In this document: positions 40,090-53,161 of the stretch, piece by piece
How positions within the stretch are numbered: the first letter of the stretch is position 1
Layout of the letters: each line of letters begins with the position of its first letter
Assembly: GCF_009914755.1 (NCBI RefSeq)
Contig: NC_060926.1
Origin: the human T2T-CHM13v2.0 reference genome, Homo sapiens
DNA: 64,000 bases
Strand: one strand, 5' to 3'
Program-made: the position numbers and the translations under genes
The notes under the pieces: generated by a model
Databases searched by the model: none
What the model was told of the DNA's origin: nothing
The model's input: only the letters and a program-made list of their open reading frames with translations

Positions 40090-41220
40090 CAGCATTGCTG
40101 GTGCTCCATCTTTTAAGAGATGACTATGGCTATTACAACTGCTAACAACTTTTCCCTTCTCTAGAGGATTCGATTTGGCATCTCATAGGTAGGGCAACCT
40201 GGGGTCGGTGTTTGACTAATGCAGGGTTCAAAAGGCCAGCCTTCTTGCCTCAATTTGTGAATAACTCTGTGGTGTGAATCCCCTCTACAAAAATAAGTCA
40301 AGGCTATGCTTTATTCTTGCTCAGCTTTTTCCCCTTTGCTTTTTTGCTTCTCTCGCTTTTTTATAGTTTCCTTGAGAAAAGCCTTCCCTCAGAAAATAGT
40401 GTATAACTGACTTTCTGTCTCACATTTTGCTTCTAAGGTTGAGTCAGTCTCACATAATTGGTAACGGGGATGGTTCAAGGAAGCTGGCTGCATGGAGATT
40501 CCAAGATGGATTATCCACACGTCACTGGTAATCCCTGGCATGCTATAGGGGTGTAATTGTTCATACATTTACCTGGGGTAAATGAAACCAGGAATATGTT
40601 GAAGAGGGTGCACTGGCTTATACAGCATCTGGCATTTCAAAGGTATAGGGGAAATAGCACTTATAAGGATTGTCCAATGGGATGGGTGTTCCTGATTACC
40701 AGTGATACTTTGAAGAGAGAAAATAAGAGTCAGGACGATCAATCGCCAACTTAAAGAAAAGTATAAAAGCCAGAGATCTTCTTTGCCAGGTTTTAAAGAA
40801 GCTCTTACCTTCTGTATCTGGAGAGGTGATTGTACTGAGAAACAGACTCAGAACTTAATATTAAGAGTAGGGGAACTTCAAAAAAAGTTGAATTCTCAGT
40901 ACTGGCAAAACTTTTATGCTATAGACAGAATTTTAATAAGGAAGAAGTAGATCTCGGAGACTTGAACTGGAAATATTTGGGTAGATGCACTTGAGGACCC
41001 TTGATCCATAGGGACTACAGCAATAGCTCACACTCCTAGTTAGAGTATAGTTATTTAAATTTTAATGGGAATGATTCTGTAGCAGGGAAGATGTTGAAGT
41101 TACAGAAGAGAAACAAGATGACCACTAGATATGTCTATTAAACTATAAAACAATAAGATTTTAATGGTCATAGTAATGAAAGGAAGATTGCTGACTAGGC
41201 TTGCTTGGTATTGAGGAGAG
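40090..41220 (+). mobile_element. LTR16-like LTR (~40090-40455) plus ERVL-type internal (ERV3-16A3-like) remnant
   Basis: LTR16 motifs (aaaggccagccttcttgcctcaa...aactctg) followed by ttggtaacggggatggttcaaggaagc and degraded gag-like sequence. Confidence 0.55.
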
Positions 41221-41242
41221 TCTAGATGAAATTGAAGACCAT

Positions 41243-41301
41243 ACACACCTGCACATCTTGCACATGTACTCCTGAACTTAAAATAAAAGTTGGGGGGAAA
41301 A
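41243..41301 (+). mobile_element. Ultra-short L1 3'-end insertion (~59 bp)
   Basis: cctgcacatcttgcacatgtactcctgaacttaaaataaaagt flanked by aaattgaagaccat (41229-41242) and aagttgaagagcat (41302-41315). Confidence 0.7.
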
Positions 41302-42367
41302 AAGTTGAAGAGCATGAATTTATAGTAGCAAAATCATTACACCTGTACTCAGAACTTGAAATTAAGTGCCAAAAAAGTGGATGATTGGATTTACCCAGTT
41401 TGGGGATTTTTCTAGACTGTTGAAATCAGAAATACAATAAGGAAATATTGCAGAGAATATAAGTGACTGTGATGAGGGTACAGGGTGCAAGGAAGATAGG
41501 GAGAGATATATGGGTAAAGAGAAGGCTAGAAGGTTTGCTGATTATAATTAAATGAGAATATCTGAATTTGTCAGTTAAGCAATAAAAGAGTTTTCCAATA
41601 TGAAGATCTACGGTATAGCCCATTGGAATGATGACTGACATTACACCATGTCACTGAAGGACAAGGCCAATAAGGACTGGATATCAGAACATGCCCACAG
41701 ATATAGAGACTATTATTTCCAGATTACAAATCATGCCATTATATGGTACACTCCCTTTAGCAATTGACCAGGAGACTGGTCACTGACATATACCCCCTCA
41801 TTTGCTGAAGAGTTTTAATACCTGGATCACACATTGCTCTTCAATCCAAGACTTTCTATCAATGCTCTCAGGTATTTAGGGGTAAAGTGCAAAATTTCTG
41901 AAAACTATTCTCAAATTAAAACAAAGATAACAAAATTTTAAGAATCTGTTAACATTCCTAAAGGTTATATGGCTACTATTCTACTATTTTTGAAGCTTTT
42001 CTAACAGTTTGAAATTATGAACATTCAAATAATTAGTTAAATATACATGTGTTATAGCATTAAAATAAAAGGGCTTACTAATGAGTCTGTTACCTGCTAA
42101 ACAAGATTAATTGAGTCTAATATAACATACAGCAATAATCATAACCTTACTCAAGCAGCATCTGTGCATATGAATGTGCCTCATAATGCAATTAAACTGC
42201 TTTTGCAAATATTTTAATGCAAATAAAACAATCTGTTTCACCTGACATAGCTGTGGTTTTGTATGATATCTGCACTTCTCAAGTACAATATTTGATATCT
42301 CGCTTTCATGTAATATACTGTTACAAAATCTGTCTTTTATGCCATAGATCTTGAGAAGCTACCTCCA

Positions 42368-45192
42368 CACAACAAAAATGGAAAACTTCAGGCCAATATC
42401 CTTGAGGAACATAGATTTTAAAAATCTTCAACAAAACACTAGCAAACTGAATTAAGCAGCACACCAAACAGCTAACCCATCACAATCAAGTAGTCTTTAT
42501 TCCTGGGATGCAAGGTTAGTTCAATATATGCAATTCAATAAATGTGATTCATCACATAAACAGAACTAAAAACAAAAACTTCATGATTATCTCAACAGAT
42601 GCAGAAAAAGCTTTCAATAAATTCAACATTCCTTCATGTTAAAAACACTCAACACACTAGGCATTGAAGGAACATACTTCAAAATAATAAGAGCTATCTA
42701 TGAAAAACTCACAGCCAATATCATGCTTAATGGGCAAAAGCTGGAAGCATTTTCCTTGAAAACTGGCTCAAGACCAGGCTGCCCTCTCTCAACACTCCTA
42801 TTCAGCATAGTATTGGAAGTCCGGGCCAGAGCAATTAGGCAAGAAAAAGAAATAAAAGGTATTCAAATAGAAAGAGAGGAAGTCAAACTACCCCTATTTG
42901 TAGATGCCATGATTCTATATCTAGAAAACCCCGCAGTCTCTTCCCAAAAGATCCTTGAGCTGATAAACAACTTCAGCAAAGTTTCAGGATACAAAATCAT
43001 CATACAGAAATCACTAGCATTCCTATACACCAATAACATCCAAGCCAAGAGCCAACTGAGGAATGCAATCCCATTCATGCTTGCCACAAAAAGAATGAAA
43101 TACCTAGGAATACAGCTAATCAAGGAGGTGAGAGATCTCTCTATAATGGGAATTACAAAACACTGCTCAAATGAATCAGAGGTGACACAAACAATTGGAA
43201 AAACATTCCATGCTCATGAATAGGAAGAATAAATATCATTAAAATGGCCATATTGCCCAAAGCAATTAACAGATTCAGTATTATTACTATCAAACTACCA
43301 ATGACATTCTCCAAAGAATTAGAAAAAAATTACAATTCTTATGGAACCATAAAAGAGCTCGAATGGCCAAAGAAATTCTTAGCAAAAAGAACAGAGCTGA
43401 GAGCATCACATTACCTGACTCCAAACTATGCTACAGGGCTACAGTAACCAAAATAGCATGGAGGTATAAAAACAGACACAGAGACCAATGGAACAGAATA
43501 GAGAGCCCAAAAATAATGCCATACCCCTACAACTATCTGATCTTCAGCAAAGCTGACAAAAACAAGCAAAGCAATGGGGAAAAGGCTCCCCATTCAATAA
43601 ATGGTGCTGGGATTACTGGCTAGCCATAAGCAGAAAAATAACACTGGACTCCTACCTTACGCCACATAAAAAAATCAACTCAAGATGAATTAAAGACTTA
43701 AATATAAAACCTAATACTATACAAATCCTGGAAAATAACCTAGGAAATAACACTTTGGACCTAGAACTTGGCAAAGGTTTTATGATGAAGATGCCAAAAA
43801 CAATTACAACCAAAGCAAAAATTGACAAATGGGATCTAATTAAACCAAAGAGCTTCTGCACAGCAAAAGGAACTATCAAAAGAGTAAACAGACAAGCTAT
43901 AGAATGGGAGAATATATTTGTAAATTATGCATCTGACAAAGGCCTAATAGCCAGAATCTAAAAGGAACTTAAAGAAATTTACAAGCAAAAAACAATCCCA
44001 TTAAAAAGTGGGCAGAGGACATGAAGAGACGCTTTTCAAAAGAAGACATACATGGGCCAGGTGCAGTGGCTCATGCCTGTAATCCCCACACTTTGGGAGG
44101 CCACAGCGGGAGGATTACTTGGGTCCAGGAGTTGAAGACAAGCCTGGGCAACATGACAATACCCCTTCTCTACAAAAAAATACAAAAAATAGCTAGGTGT
44201 GGTGACATGTTCTTGTGGTTCCAGCTTTTCAGGGCGCAGAGGCCAGAGGATCACTTAAGCCCTGGAGGCAGACGATGCAGTAAGCCTATGATGACACCAC
44301 TGCACTCCAGCATGGGCAACAGAGTAAGTAAGACCCCGGCTCAAAAAAAAAAAAAAAAAACATACGAGTGGCCAAGAAACAAATGAAAGAATGCTCAATA
44401 TCACTATGCATTAGGGAAATGCAAATCAAAATCACAATGAGATCCAGTCAGAATGACTGAATGAGAAGTATTCACACCAGTCAGAATGAGATCCATTCAT
44501 ACCAGTCAGAATGGCTAATATTAAGAAGTAAAAAAATAGCAGATGCTGGCAAAGTTGCAAAGAAAAGGGAATGTTTGTACACTGCACTGCTGGTGGGAGT
44601 GTAAATTAGTTCAGCCATTGTGGAAAGCAGTGTGACAATTTCTCAGAGAATTTAGAACTACCATTTGACCCAGCAATCCTATTACTGGGTATATACCCAC
44701 AGGAATATAAAGCATTGTGCCATAAAGACACATGCACATGTATGTTTATTGCTGCACTATTCACAATAGCAAAGACATGGAATGTCCATCAACAGTAGTC
44801 TGGATAAAGAAAATGTGACATATATACACCATGGAATATTATGCAGCCATAGAAGAGAATGAAATCATGTTGTTTGCAGCAACATGGATGGGAGACCATG
44901 GTCCTAAGCAAACTAATGCAGGAACAGAAAACCAAATCTGCATGTTCTCCCTTATAAGTGGGAGCTAAACAATGAGAACACATGGACACTAAGAGGAGAA
45001 CAACAGACACCAGGGCCTACTTGAGAGTGGAGGGTAGGAGGGGCACAGGATCAGAAAAAAACACCTATTGGGTACTTTGCTGATTACCTGGATGACAAAA
45101 TAATCTGTACACCAAACCCCTGTGGCACAAGCTTATTTATATAACAAACCTGCACATGTACCCCTGAACTTAAAATAAACATTAAAATAAAA
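42368..45192 (+). mobile_element. 5'-truncated LINE-1 (L1PA13-16-like)
   Basis: RT to C-terminal ORF2 remnants (ORFs 42636-43961) and a 3'UTR ending cctgaacttaaaataaac. Confidence 0.88.
44055..44360 (+). mobile_element. AluJ nested in L1
   Basis: Diverged dimer with J-type features (cctgggcaacatg, gcagtaagcctatgatg), poly(A), and a degenerate acatac TSD. Confidence 0.88.
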
Positions 45193-45234
45193 GCTGTCTC
45201 CAAATGCACATTCAAGTTTTTAGAGGTAGTAAAA

Positions 45235-45450
45235 TAATGTAGTAGAACACTAAATTTAACCTCTACAAATCTGGATTAAATTTTGGACCTGCTACATACA
45301 AGTTATGTTACTTTGGACAAATTATACAATAACTGTGGCCTCCATGCCTCATCTAGAAAATGAGGACAACGATAAATCTTTCATCTTTATTGTTGATATT
45401 AGAGCTATTGTACACAAAGCATTTTCACAGTTGTTCCTCAATACATACTA
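45235..45450 (+). mobile_element. MIR
   Basis: ttatgttactttggacaaattat...cctcatctagaaaatgagg core. Confidence 0.55.
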
Positions 45451-46689
45451 AATATTTTACTAAAGTGGGAAAATTGTTGAAAGATACACTACTGTCATTT
45501 AAAATGATTGAGAAATGAGACATTTGAGTAAATCATATATTTTGAGTTACAAAGCATTATCACATATATATTACATCCTTACCAGTTTCCAAGGAATGAC
45601 AAAGATACACATTTAATACTCAAATTCCATTGAAGTAAATTTTATGCTACCTTAGTGATAAAGCATCACATCAGTTCCTGCATGTGAATCACACATACCA
45701 GACATCACATGAAAGGTGTATTCAGGAACTTTTCTGCTCATGAATAAAGTTGATACATGTCATTTACTAAAAATTAATAGCTGTTAGAATGCAAGCAACC
45801 TGGCTTTTACTATAATTATGAAAACAGAGACTATGACTAATTTGTAAAAAATAAGTATGTTTAAGTAAATAAATAACCTTTGAAGAAAAATAATTAATGT
45901 ACGGGGAAAAGACTTAGAGATGTTCAGCAAATGTGTGCTGATCTTACAATGTAAGTTCCTCTAAAAGAGAGGTTTTGTTCCTCTAGTTCACTGCTTAGAA
46001 CAGTGGATACATACTGGATGCTTAATACATCTTTATTCAAGAAATGATTGATAGAATGAGTATACTAACATATGCTTAGCGTACTTCCATACTTTTAACT
46101 CTCCTTCTGCAAGAATACCTACATTAAATGTATCTCGTCTAGTCTTGGTTGGTGGTATACTTGCCAATGAATTTAAAAGACTGTGCATTTTTCAGCATGT
46201 TTTGTATCTATGTATGTTTACATAAGCTGCAATACTTATTATCTCAAATTAGGTATTGTTTCACAGTCTGTAGCAGCATGAAATGGAAGATGATCTCTTT
46301 TATAAAATTCTGGATATGTTCCAAGAAAATGCTTAGAAAATAACAGCAGACAAATTAACAAGCTCATAATGGGAGGTAATTCTGATCATCTTCATCGCAT
46401 TCCTCTTTATCACAACAGAACGGAAATGAAATACCTACGATCTTGAAAACAGACGGCTTTGGGCGAATGCCTTCTTGAGTTAATTAGAAGAATCCACTTG
46501 TTCAACATACCACATTGACAAGAAGCAGTCAGCCCTTGCTTTAGAATCCAAGGGAAATGCTCCAGGGAAATGCTGCAATACAACAGTGTGTACCCCAGTT
46601 AGAAAGCTAGTTGTCAGATTTCTCACCTGAAATGGTTAAGTCTGGATTTGCTTCATAATATGCCCCCTTTTATATAAATTTCACAACAC

Positions 46690-46862
46690 TAAAAGGGGGA
46701 TATTCTTATCTTCATTTTTCGGATGAAGTAACTGTGTCTCAGAGAGCTATATAAATTTCCTACGAACACACAGATCAGATAACAACTAGTGGATCTAGAA
46801 TTCAAAACAGGTCTGCCACCTATGAAATCCATGCACCTAAACCTATACTATTCAGCCTCCTG
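46690..46862 (-). mobile_element. MIR
   Basis: cattttt..gatgaagtaactgtgtctcagagag...gaattcaaaacaggtctg. Confidence 0.55.
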
Positions 46863-47139
46863 TTTCAGAATTAAATAAAATATAATTTTGCTTTTCCATA
46901 TTCCGATTGTGCATTCCAACTCATTATGTCTAAGTACTTTCTATGAGCATTTCCATAAAGCAGTAGGAATTCTCACTCCTTAGGAAAGTACAGCTTCCCA
47001 TCAGACGTTTCAAGAGAATAATGACTTACCTAATTAGTGACATTATGAGAGAAAGCTGAAAAAAAACCTGGTCAGCCTTGGACTCTTGTTTGAACCATCC
47101 TGCCTTCAGCATGTTTGCATTCCCTACTCATCAGTGTGG

Positions 47140-49035
47140 AATAGACAAAGAAAGGTTAAAAAGCAATAAAGCACACCTACAAAATCTAGAAAATAGCCTC
47201 AAAAGGGCAAATGTAAAATTTATTGGACTTAAAAAGGAGGTAGACAAAAAGATAGGGGTAGAAAGTTTATTCAAAGGGATAATATCAGAGAACTTCCAAA
47301 CCTAGAGAAAGATATCAACATTCTAGTACATGAAGATTATGAAACACCAAGCAAATTTAACCCACAGAAGACTACCTCAGGCATTTAATACTCAAAGTCC
47401 CAAAGGTCAAGGATAAAGAAAAGATCCTAAAAGCAACAAGAGAAAAGAAACAAATAACATACAATGGAGCTCCAATACGTCTGGCAGCAGACCTTCCAGT
47501 GGAGAACTTACAGGCCGGGAGAGAGTGTCATCACATATTTAAAGGGCTGAAAGAAAAAATATTTTACCCTAGAGTAGTATAATTAGAGAGAATATCTTTT
47601 AAGCATGAAGAAGAAATAAAGACCTTCCCAGATGAACAAAAGCTGAGAGATTTCATCAACACTAGACCTGTCCTACAAGAAATGCTAAAGGGAGTTCTTC
47701 AATCTGACAGAAAAGGATGTTAATAAGCAAGAAGAAATAATCTGAAAGTATAAACCTAGAGATTTTTCTCTAGGTTTGGAAGATCTATTTATAAGATCCA
47801 TTTTCTAGATCTTATAAGCACACAGAGAAACACAGAATAGTGTAACATTGTAATTGTGGTGTGTAAACTTCTCTTGAGTTAAAGGAAGATTAAATGATGA
47901 CTTTGATTGAGAGTTTGATGATTAAATGCCTTGAGGTAGTCTTTGGATTAAATCTGGTTGGTGTACCACAACCTTCTTGTACTTGAATGTTGATATCTTT
48001 CTCTAGGTTTAGAAGTTCTCTGATATTATCCCCTTGATAAACATTCTACCCCTATCTCTTTGTCTACCTCCTCTTTAAGGCCAATGAATCTCAGATTTGC
48101 CCTTTTGAAACTGTTTTCTAGGTCTTGTAACCACACAGAAAAACACAGAATAGTATAACATTGTAATTGTGGTGTGTAAACTTCTCTTCACTTACATAGA
48201 AAGACTAAATGGTGAATCAATCAAAAATAATAACTACAACAACTTTTCAAGACATAGTACAATAAGACATAAAGAGTGTGATGGTTAATATTAAATGTCA
48301 ACTTGATTGGAATGAAGGATGCAAACTATTATTCCTGGGTGTCTCCGTGAGAGTGTTGCCAAAGGAGATTAGCATTTGAGTCAGTGGACTGGGAGAGGCA
48401 AACCCACCCTCAATCTAGGTGGGCACCATCTAATCAGCTGCCAGCAAAGCTAGAATAAAAGCAGGCAGAGGAATGTGGAAGGACTAGACTGGCTGAGTCT
48501 TGTGGCCTTCATCTTTCTCCTGTGCTGGATGCTTCTCAAGGATCTAAGGAAGGTCTAAAGGTGTAAAAGATCTAAGACTTTCAAACAAGTCTTAAAACAT
48601 TCAAAATAAAATTGAAATACTATTAAGCATCTTCTATGACAATAGAATAAAACTGCAAATCAATAACAAAAGCAATTTTGGAAACTACACAAACATATGA
48701 CAATTAAACAATATACTCATGAATGACCAGTGGGTCAATGAAGAAATTAAGAAGAAAGTTGAAAAATGTCTTGAAACAAATGATTATGGAAACACAACAT
48801 AACAAAACCTATGAGTTATAGCAAAAGCAGTACTAAGAGGGAAATTTATAGCCATAATTGCCTACAACAAAAAATAATTTAAAAAACTTCAAATAGATTG
48901 CTCAATAAAGCATTTTTAAAAACTAGAAAAGCAAGAGCAAACTGAACCCACAATTAGCAGACGAAAAGAAATACTAAAGATCAAAGAAGAAATAAGTGAA
49001 TTTAAGACAAAGAAAACAATGAAACAAATGTTGCC
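47140..49035 (+). mobile_element. Old L1 (L1MA/PB-type) ORF1 and EN fragment with internal rearrangement
   Basis: ORF1 C-terminal remnant 47140-47723, inter-ORF sequence, an inverted ORF1 copy at ~47905-48129, and an EN-linker remnant at 48537-49035. Confidence 0.8.
48277..48536 (+). mobile_element. MLT2A1-like ERVL LTR, 5' part
   Basis: tgtgatggttaatattaaatgtcaacttgattgg...gtcagtggactgggagaggca...caccatctaatcagctgccagc. Truncated where the L1 resumes. Confidence 0.85.
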
Positions 49036-49779
49036 TTTATTTGAAACCAAGTTCAAACTATTAATACAACTGACTTTGCAACTAGTCCCAGCCTCAAATT
49101 TAATTTTAAAGAGCTCTCCTTGATTAAATATTGCCTATCATAGACTATTTTACTAAATGGCTTCCTAAAACTACTCTTTTTAAAAAAATTACAATTATGT
49201 CAATGTACTACTATTTTCATTAATACAATTACACCAAATATTCAAATATACCAACCACAGAGTGCACCAAATCAAATGTTTTAAGCACCTAAATCTGCAT
49301 ATTATTTCTTTTTATTCTTTGAAAACATTTAATGTTCCCATATAGAGGGAAGTCAAAAGCATGGCTATTTTTACCAAAAAATGAGTTGCTGGGCTTTGAA
49401 GAAAAAGCATAGTTATTTTTATCAAAGACAAGTTGCTGGCTTCACTAACCAACAAAGCAGAAATATTATTACTAGTGAATGGGACAGTCTCCATTACAAA
49501 GAGCCAAACTGTGAGTGTCTGCAATCGTTCTTCAGCTATAACAGGCTGACTTGCTAGCAATTTGTCTGCAAGCAGTAATAAAGTGTGCAGAGTAATTAGC
49601 TTGAGTCTCTAATTAATCTGAGGATGATTTTTGTTTTTAAATTATTTAACATTAAAATTTTTATTAGATTTCAGGACCTGAAGCCCCAGGCATACATGTA
49701 TAAATTTTAAAGTATCATTTGTCTCAAGTCTTAAAAATGTCTTAATACTAAATAAATTAAATTGTAATATTTCCAGTAA

Positions 49780-50016
49780 TTTTATTATTTTTTATTTTTT
49801 ATATTTTTCCATAAGTTATTGAAGTACAGCTGGTAGTTGGTTACATAAGTAAGTTCTTTTGTGGTGATTTGTGAGATTTTCATGCACCCATTGCCCAAGC
49901 AGTATATACTCGGTATACATATTTGCAGTCTTTTATCCCTCATCCCCCACCCACTCTTCCTCCCCAAGTCCCCAAAGTCCATTGTATCATTCTTATGCCT
50001 TTGCATGCTCATAGCT
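49780..50016 (-). mobile_element. L1PB1-like 3' end
   Basis: ttccataagttattg...gtccccaaagtccattgtatcattcttatgcctttgcat with a T-rich tail. Confidence 0.8.
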
Positions 50017-50124
50017 ACATCTCTTACATTGAACTTCAAATTCCAGAATACAATAGGACATTTAGAAAGAAGTCCTTCTATACTCCAAGGTATTTTCTAA
50101 ATTTCAATGCAATATTATCTTCTA

Positions 50125-50474
50125 AAATTAGTTGTGTCCCTTCAAAATTCATATGTTGAAACTTAATCCCCAATGTGACAGTATTAGAAGGTGAGGTCTT
50201 TGGGAGATGGTTAAGTCATGAGGGCAGAGCCCTCATTAATATGATTAGCATCTTTACAAAAAGAGGCAGCAGAGGGCTAGCCAGCCCCTTCCGCTATGTA
50301 AGGATATAGTGAGAAGTTGTTATGTGTAAGGAATGAGACCTCACCAGACACTGAAGGTGCTGATGTCTTGCTATTGGACTTCCCAGCCTCCAGAACTGTG
50401 AGAAAAATGTTTGTTGTTTATAAGCTGTCCCATCTATGATATTACTGTTATAGCAGCCTAAACAGGCTAAGACA
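50125..50474 (+). mobile_element. MLT1A-like solo LTR
   Basis: tgtgtcccttcaaaattcatatgttgaa...ggacttcccagcctccagaactgtgag...ctaagaca. Confidence 0.85.
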
Positions 50475-50763
50475 ACTAAGTCCTCTAACCAAGAACTCTG
50501 AATACTCAGTGAGTGTTTGTGTAATTAAGGTAGGTTGAGATGTCAGAGAGGACAATGACACTGAAATACATAGTGACACAATTGAGATCAATATATCCCC
50601 TTCACAATTATTTCTGAGACTACTCCTATCAAGAAAACCATGAAATCTGGACCTATAACCCCTACGTAATCCGCTATGTCCTATTTTCTATAGGATAAAT
50701 CCCACCTGAAATCATTTAAAAAACACAAATAGGAAGACTTTAAAAGAATAAAAGTTTTCCTTC

Positions 50764-53161
50764 TGCTATGGTTAGGCTTTGTGTCCCCATCCCAATCTCA
50801 TCTTGAATTCTAATCCCCAGGTGTCAAAGGTGAAACCAGATGGGAAGTGATTGGATCATGGGGGCAGTTTCCCTGTGCTGTTCTCATGATAGTGAGTGAG
50901 TTTCACATTATCTGATGGTTTTATAAGGCAGTTTTCCTTGCTCTTGCTAGGTTTTCTCTCTCCTGCCACCATTTGAAGAAGGTCCTTGTTTCCCCTTTGT
51001 CTTCTGCCAAGATTATAAATTTCCTGAGTCCTTCACAGCCACGTGGAACTGGGAGTCAATTAAACCTTTTTCCTCTATAAATCACCAGTCTTGGATATTT
51101 CTTTATAGCAATGTGAGAATGGACTAATACAGTAAATTGATACCAAGGTAGTGGGGCACTACTATAGAGATACCTCGAAATGTGGAAGCAACTTTGGAAC
51201 TAGGTGATAGACAGATGTTGGAACAGTTTGGAGGGCTCAAAAGAAGACAGAAAAGTGTGGTAAAGTTTGAAATCTCCTAGAGAATTGGAGAGCTCAGAAG
51301 ACAAGAAGATGCAGGAAAATTTGAAACTTTCTAGAGGCATATTGAATGGCTTTGACCAAAATGCTGATAGTGATATGGACAATGAAGTTCAGGCTGAGGT
51401 GGTCTCAGGTGGAGAGGAGTAACTTGTTGGGAACTGGAATAAAGATGACTTTTGTTATGCTTTAGTAAAAAGACTGGTGGCAGTTTGCCCCTGCCCTAGA
51501 GATCTGTGGAAACTTGAGCTTGAGGGAGATGATTTAGGGTATCTGGCAGAAGAAATTTCTGGGAAGTAAAATGATCAAGTGGGACAGATTGTAAAAGTTT
51601 GGAAAACTTGCAGCCTGGTGATACAATAGAAAAGAAAAACCCGTTTTTGGAGGAGAAATTCTAGCCAGCTGAAGAAATTTGCATAAGTAACAAGGAGCCA
51701 AATGTTAATCACCAAGACAATGGAGAAAATGTTTCCAGGGCATGTCAGAGACCTTCACAGCAACCCCTCCCATCACAGGACAAGTGGCCTGTGAGGAAAA
51801 AATGATTTCAGGGCCCAGGGCCCTGCTGCTGCTCTGTGCAGCCTCAGGACTTGGCACCCTTCATTCCAGCAGTGGCTGAAAAAGGGCAAAATACAGCTTA
51901 GGCTGTTGCTTCAAAGGGTGCAAACCCCAAGCTTTGGTGGTTTACACATGGCATTGGGGCTGTAGGTGCACAGAAGTCAAGAATTAAGGTTTGGGAACCT
52001 CTGTCTAGATTTCAGAGGATGTATGGAAATGCTCAGATGTCCAGACAGAAGTTTGCTACAAGAGAAAAGCCCTCATGGAGAACCTTAGCTAGGACAGTGC
52101 AAAGGGGAAATGTGGGTTGGAGCCCCGACACAGAGTGCCCACTGGAGCACGGCCTAGTGGAGCTGTGAGAAGAGGGTCACTGTCCTCAGACCCCACAATG
52201 GTAGATCCACCAAAAGCTTGTGCTGTGCACATGGAAAAGCCGCAGACACTCAATGCCAGCCATAAAAACAGCTGTGGAGGGAAGCTGTACCCTGCAAAGC
52301 CAAAGGTACAGAGCTGTGCTCAAAACTGTGGGAGCCCACCCTTTGCATTATTGTGATCCGGATGTGATCACGATAATCAAAGGAGATTGTTTTGGAGCTT
52401 TAAACTTTAATGACTGCCCCCTGGGTTTCAGAATTTCATGGGGCTTCTAGCCCCTTTGTTTTGGCCAATTTCTTCCATTTGAAATGGGATCATTTATCTA
52501 ATGCCTATAGCCCCATTTCATCTTGGATGTAACTAACTTGCTTTTGATTTTACAGGCTCATAGGTGGAAGGGACTTACCTTGTCTCAGATGTGACTTTGG
52601 ACTTGGACTTTTGAGTTAATACTGGAATGAGTTAATACTTTGGGGGACCGTTGGAAGGTACAATTGGTTTGGAAATGTGAGGACATGAGATTTGGGAGGG
52701 TACAGGGGTGGAATAATATGGTTAGGCTTTGTGTCACCACCCAAATCTCATCTCGAATTGAAATCCCCATGTGTCAAGGTAGAAACCAGGTTGGAGGTAA
52801 TTGGAAAACGGGGGTTCCCTCATGCCATTCCTATGATAGTGAGTTTTCATGAGATCTGATGGTTTTATAAGGCATTTTCCCTGCTGTTGTTATCTCTTCT
52901 CTCTGCTGCCACCATGCAAAGGAGGTCTGTTTCCCCTTTGCCTGATGGTTTCATAAGGCATTTTTCCCGCCCTTGTTAGTTCTTCTCTCTCCTGCCACCA
53001 TGCAAAGGAGGTCCCTGTTTTCCCCTTGCCTTCCACCATGATTGTAACTTTCCTAAGGCCTCCCTAGCCATGGGGAACTGTGATTGAATTAAACTTCTTT
53101 CCTTTATACACAAACCAGTCTTGGATATTTCTTTATAGCAATGTGGAAACAGACCTATACA
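50764..53161 (+). mobile_element. Complete MaLR provirus (THE1D-like): 5'LTR 50764-51131, internal 51132-52713, 3'LTR 52714-53161
   Basis: Two homologous LTRs starting t(gc/aa)tatggttaggctttgtgtc and ending (a/t)ataca, THE1-int sequence, a polypurine tract before the 3'LTR, and a degenerate 5-bp TSD ccttc/tcttt. Confidence 0.9.

Noticed and set aside
51229-51340. About 57-bp tandem duplication in the THE1 internal region
   Set aside because: I recall similar duplications in THE1/MST internal variants, so it is probably inherited from the element.
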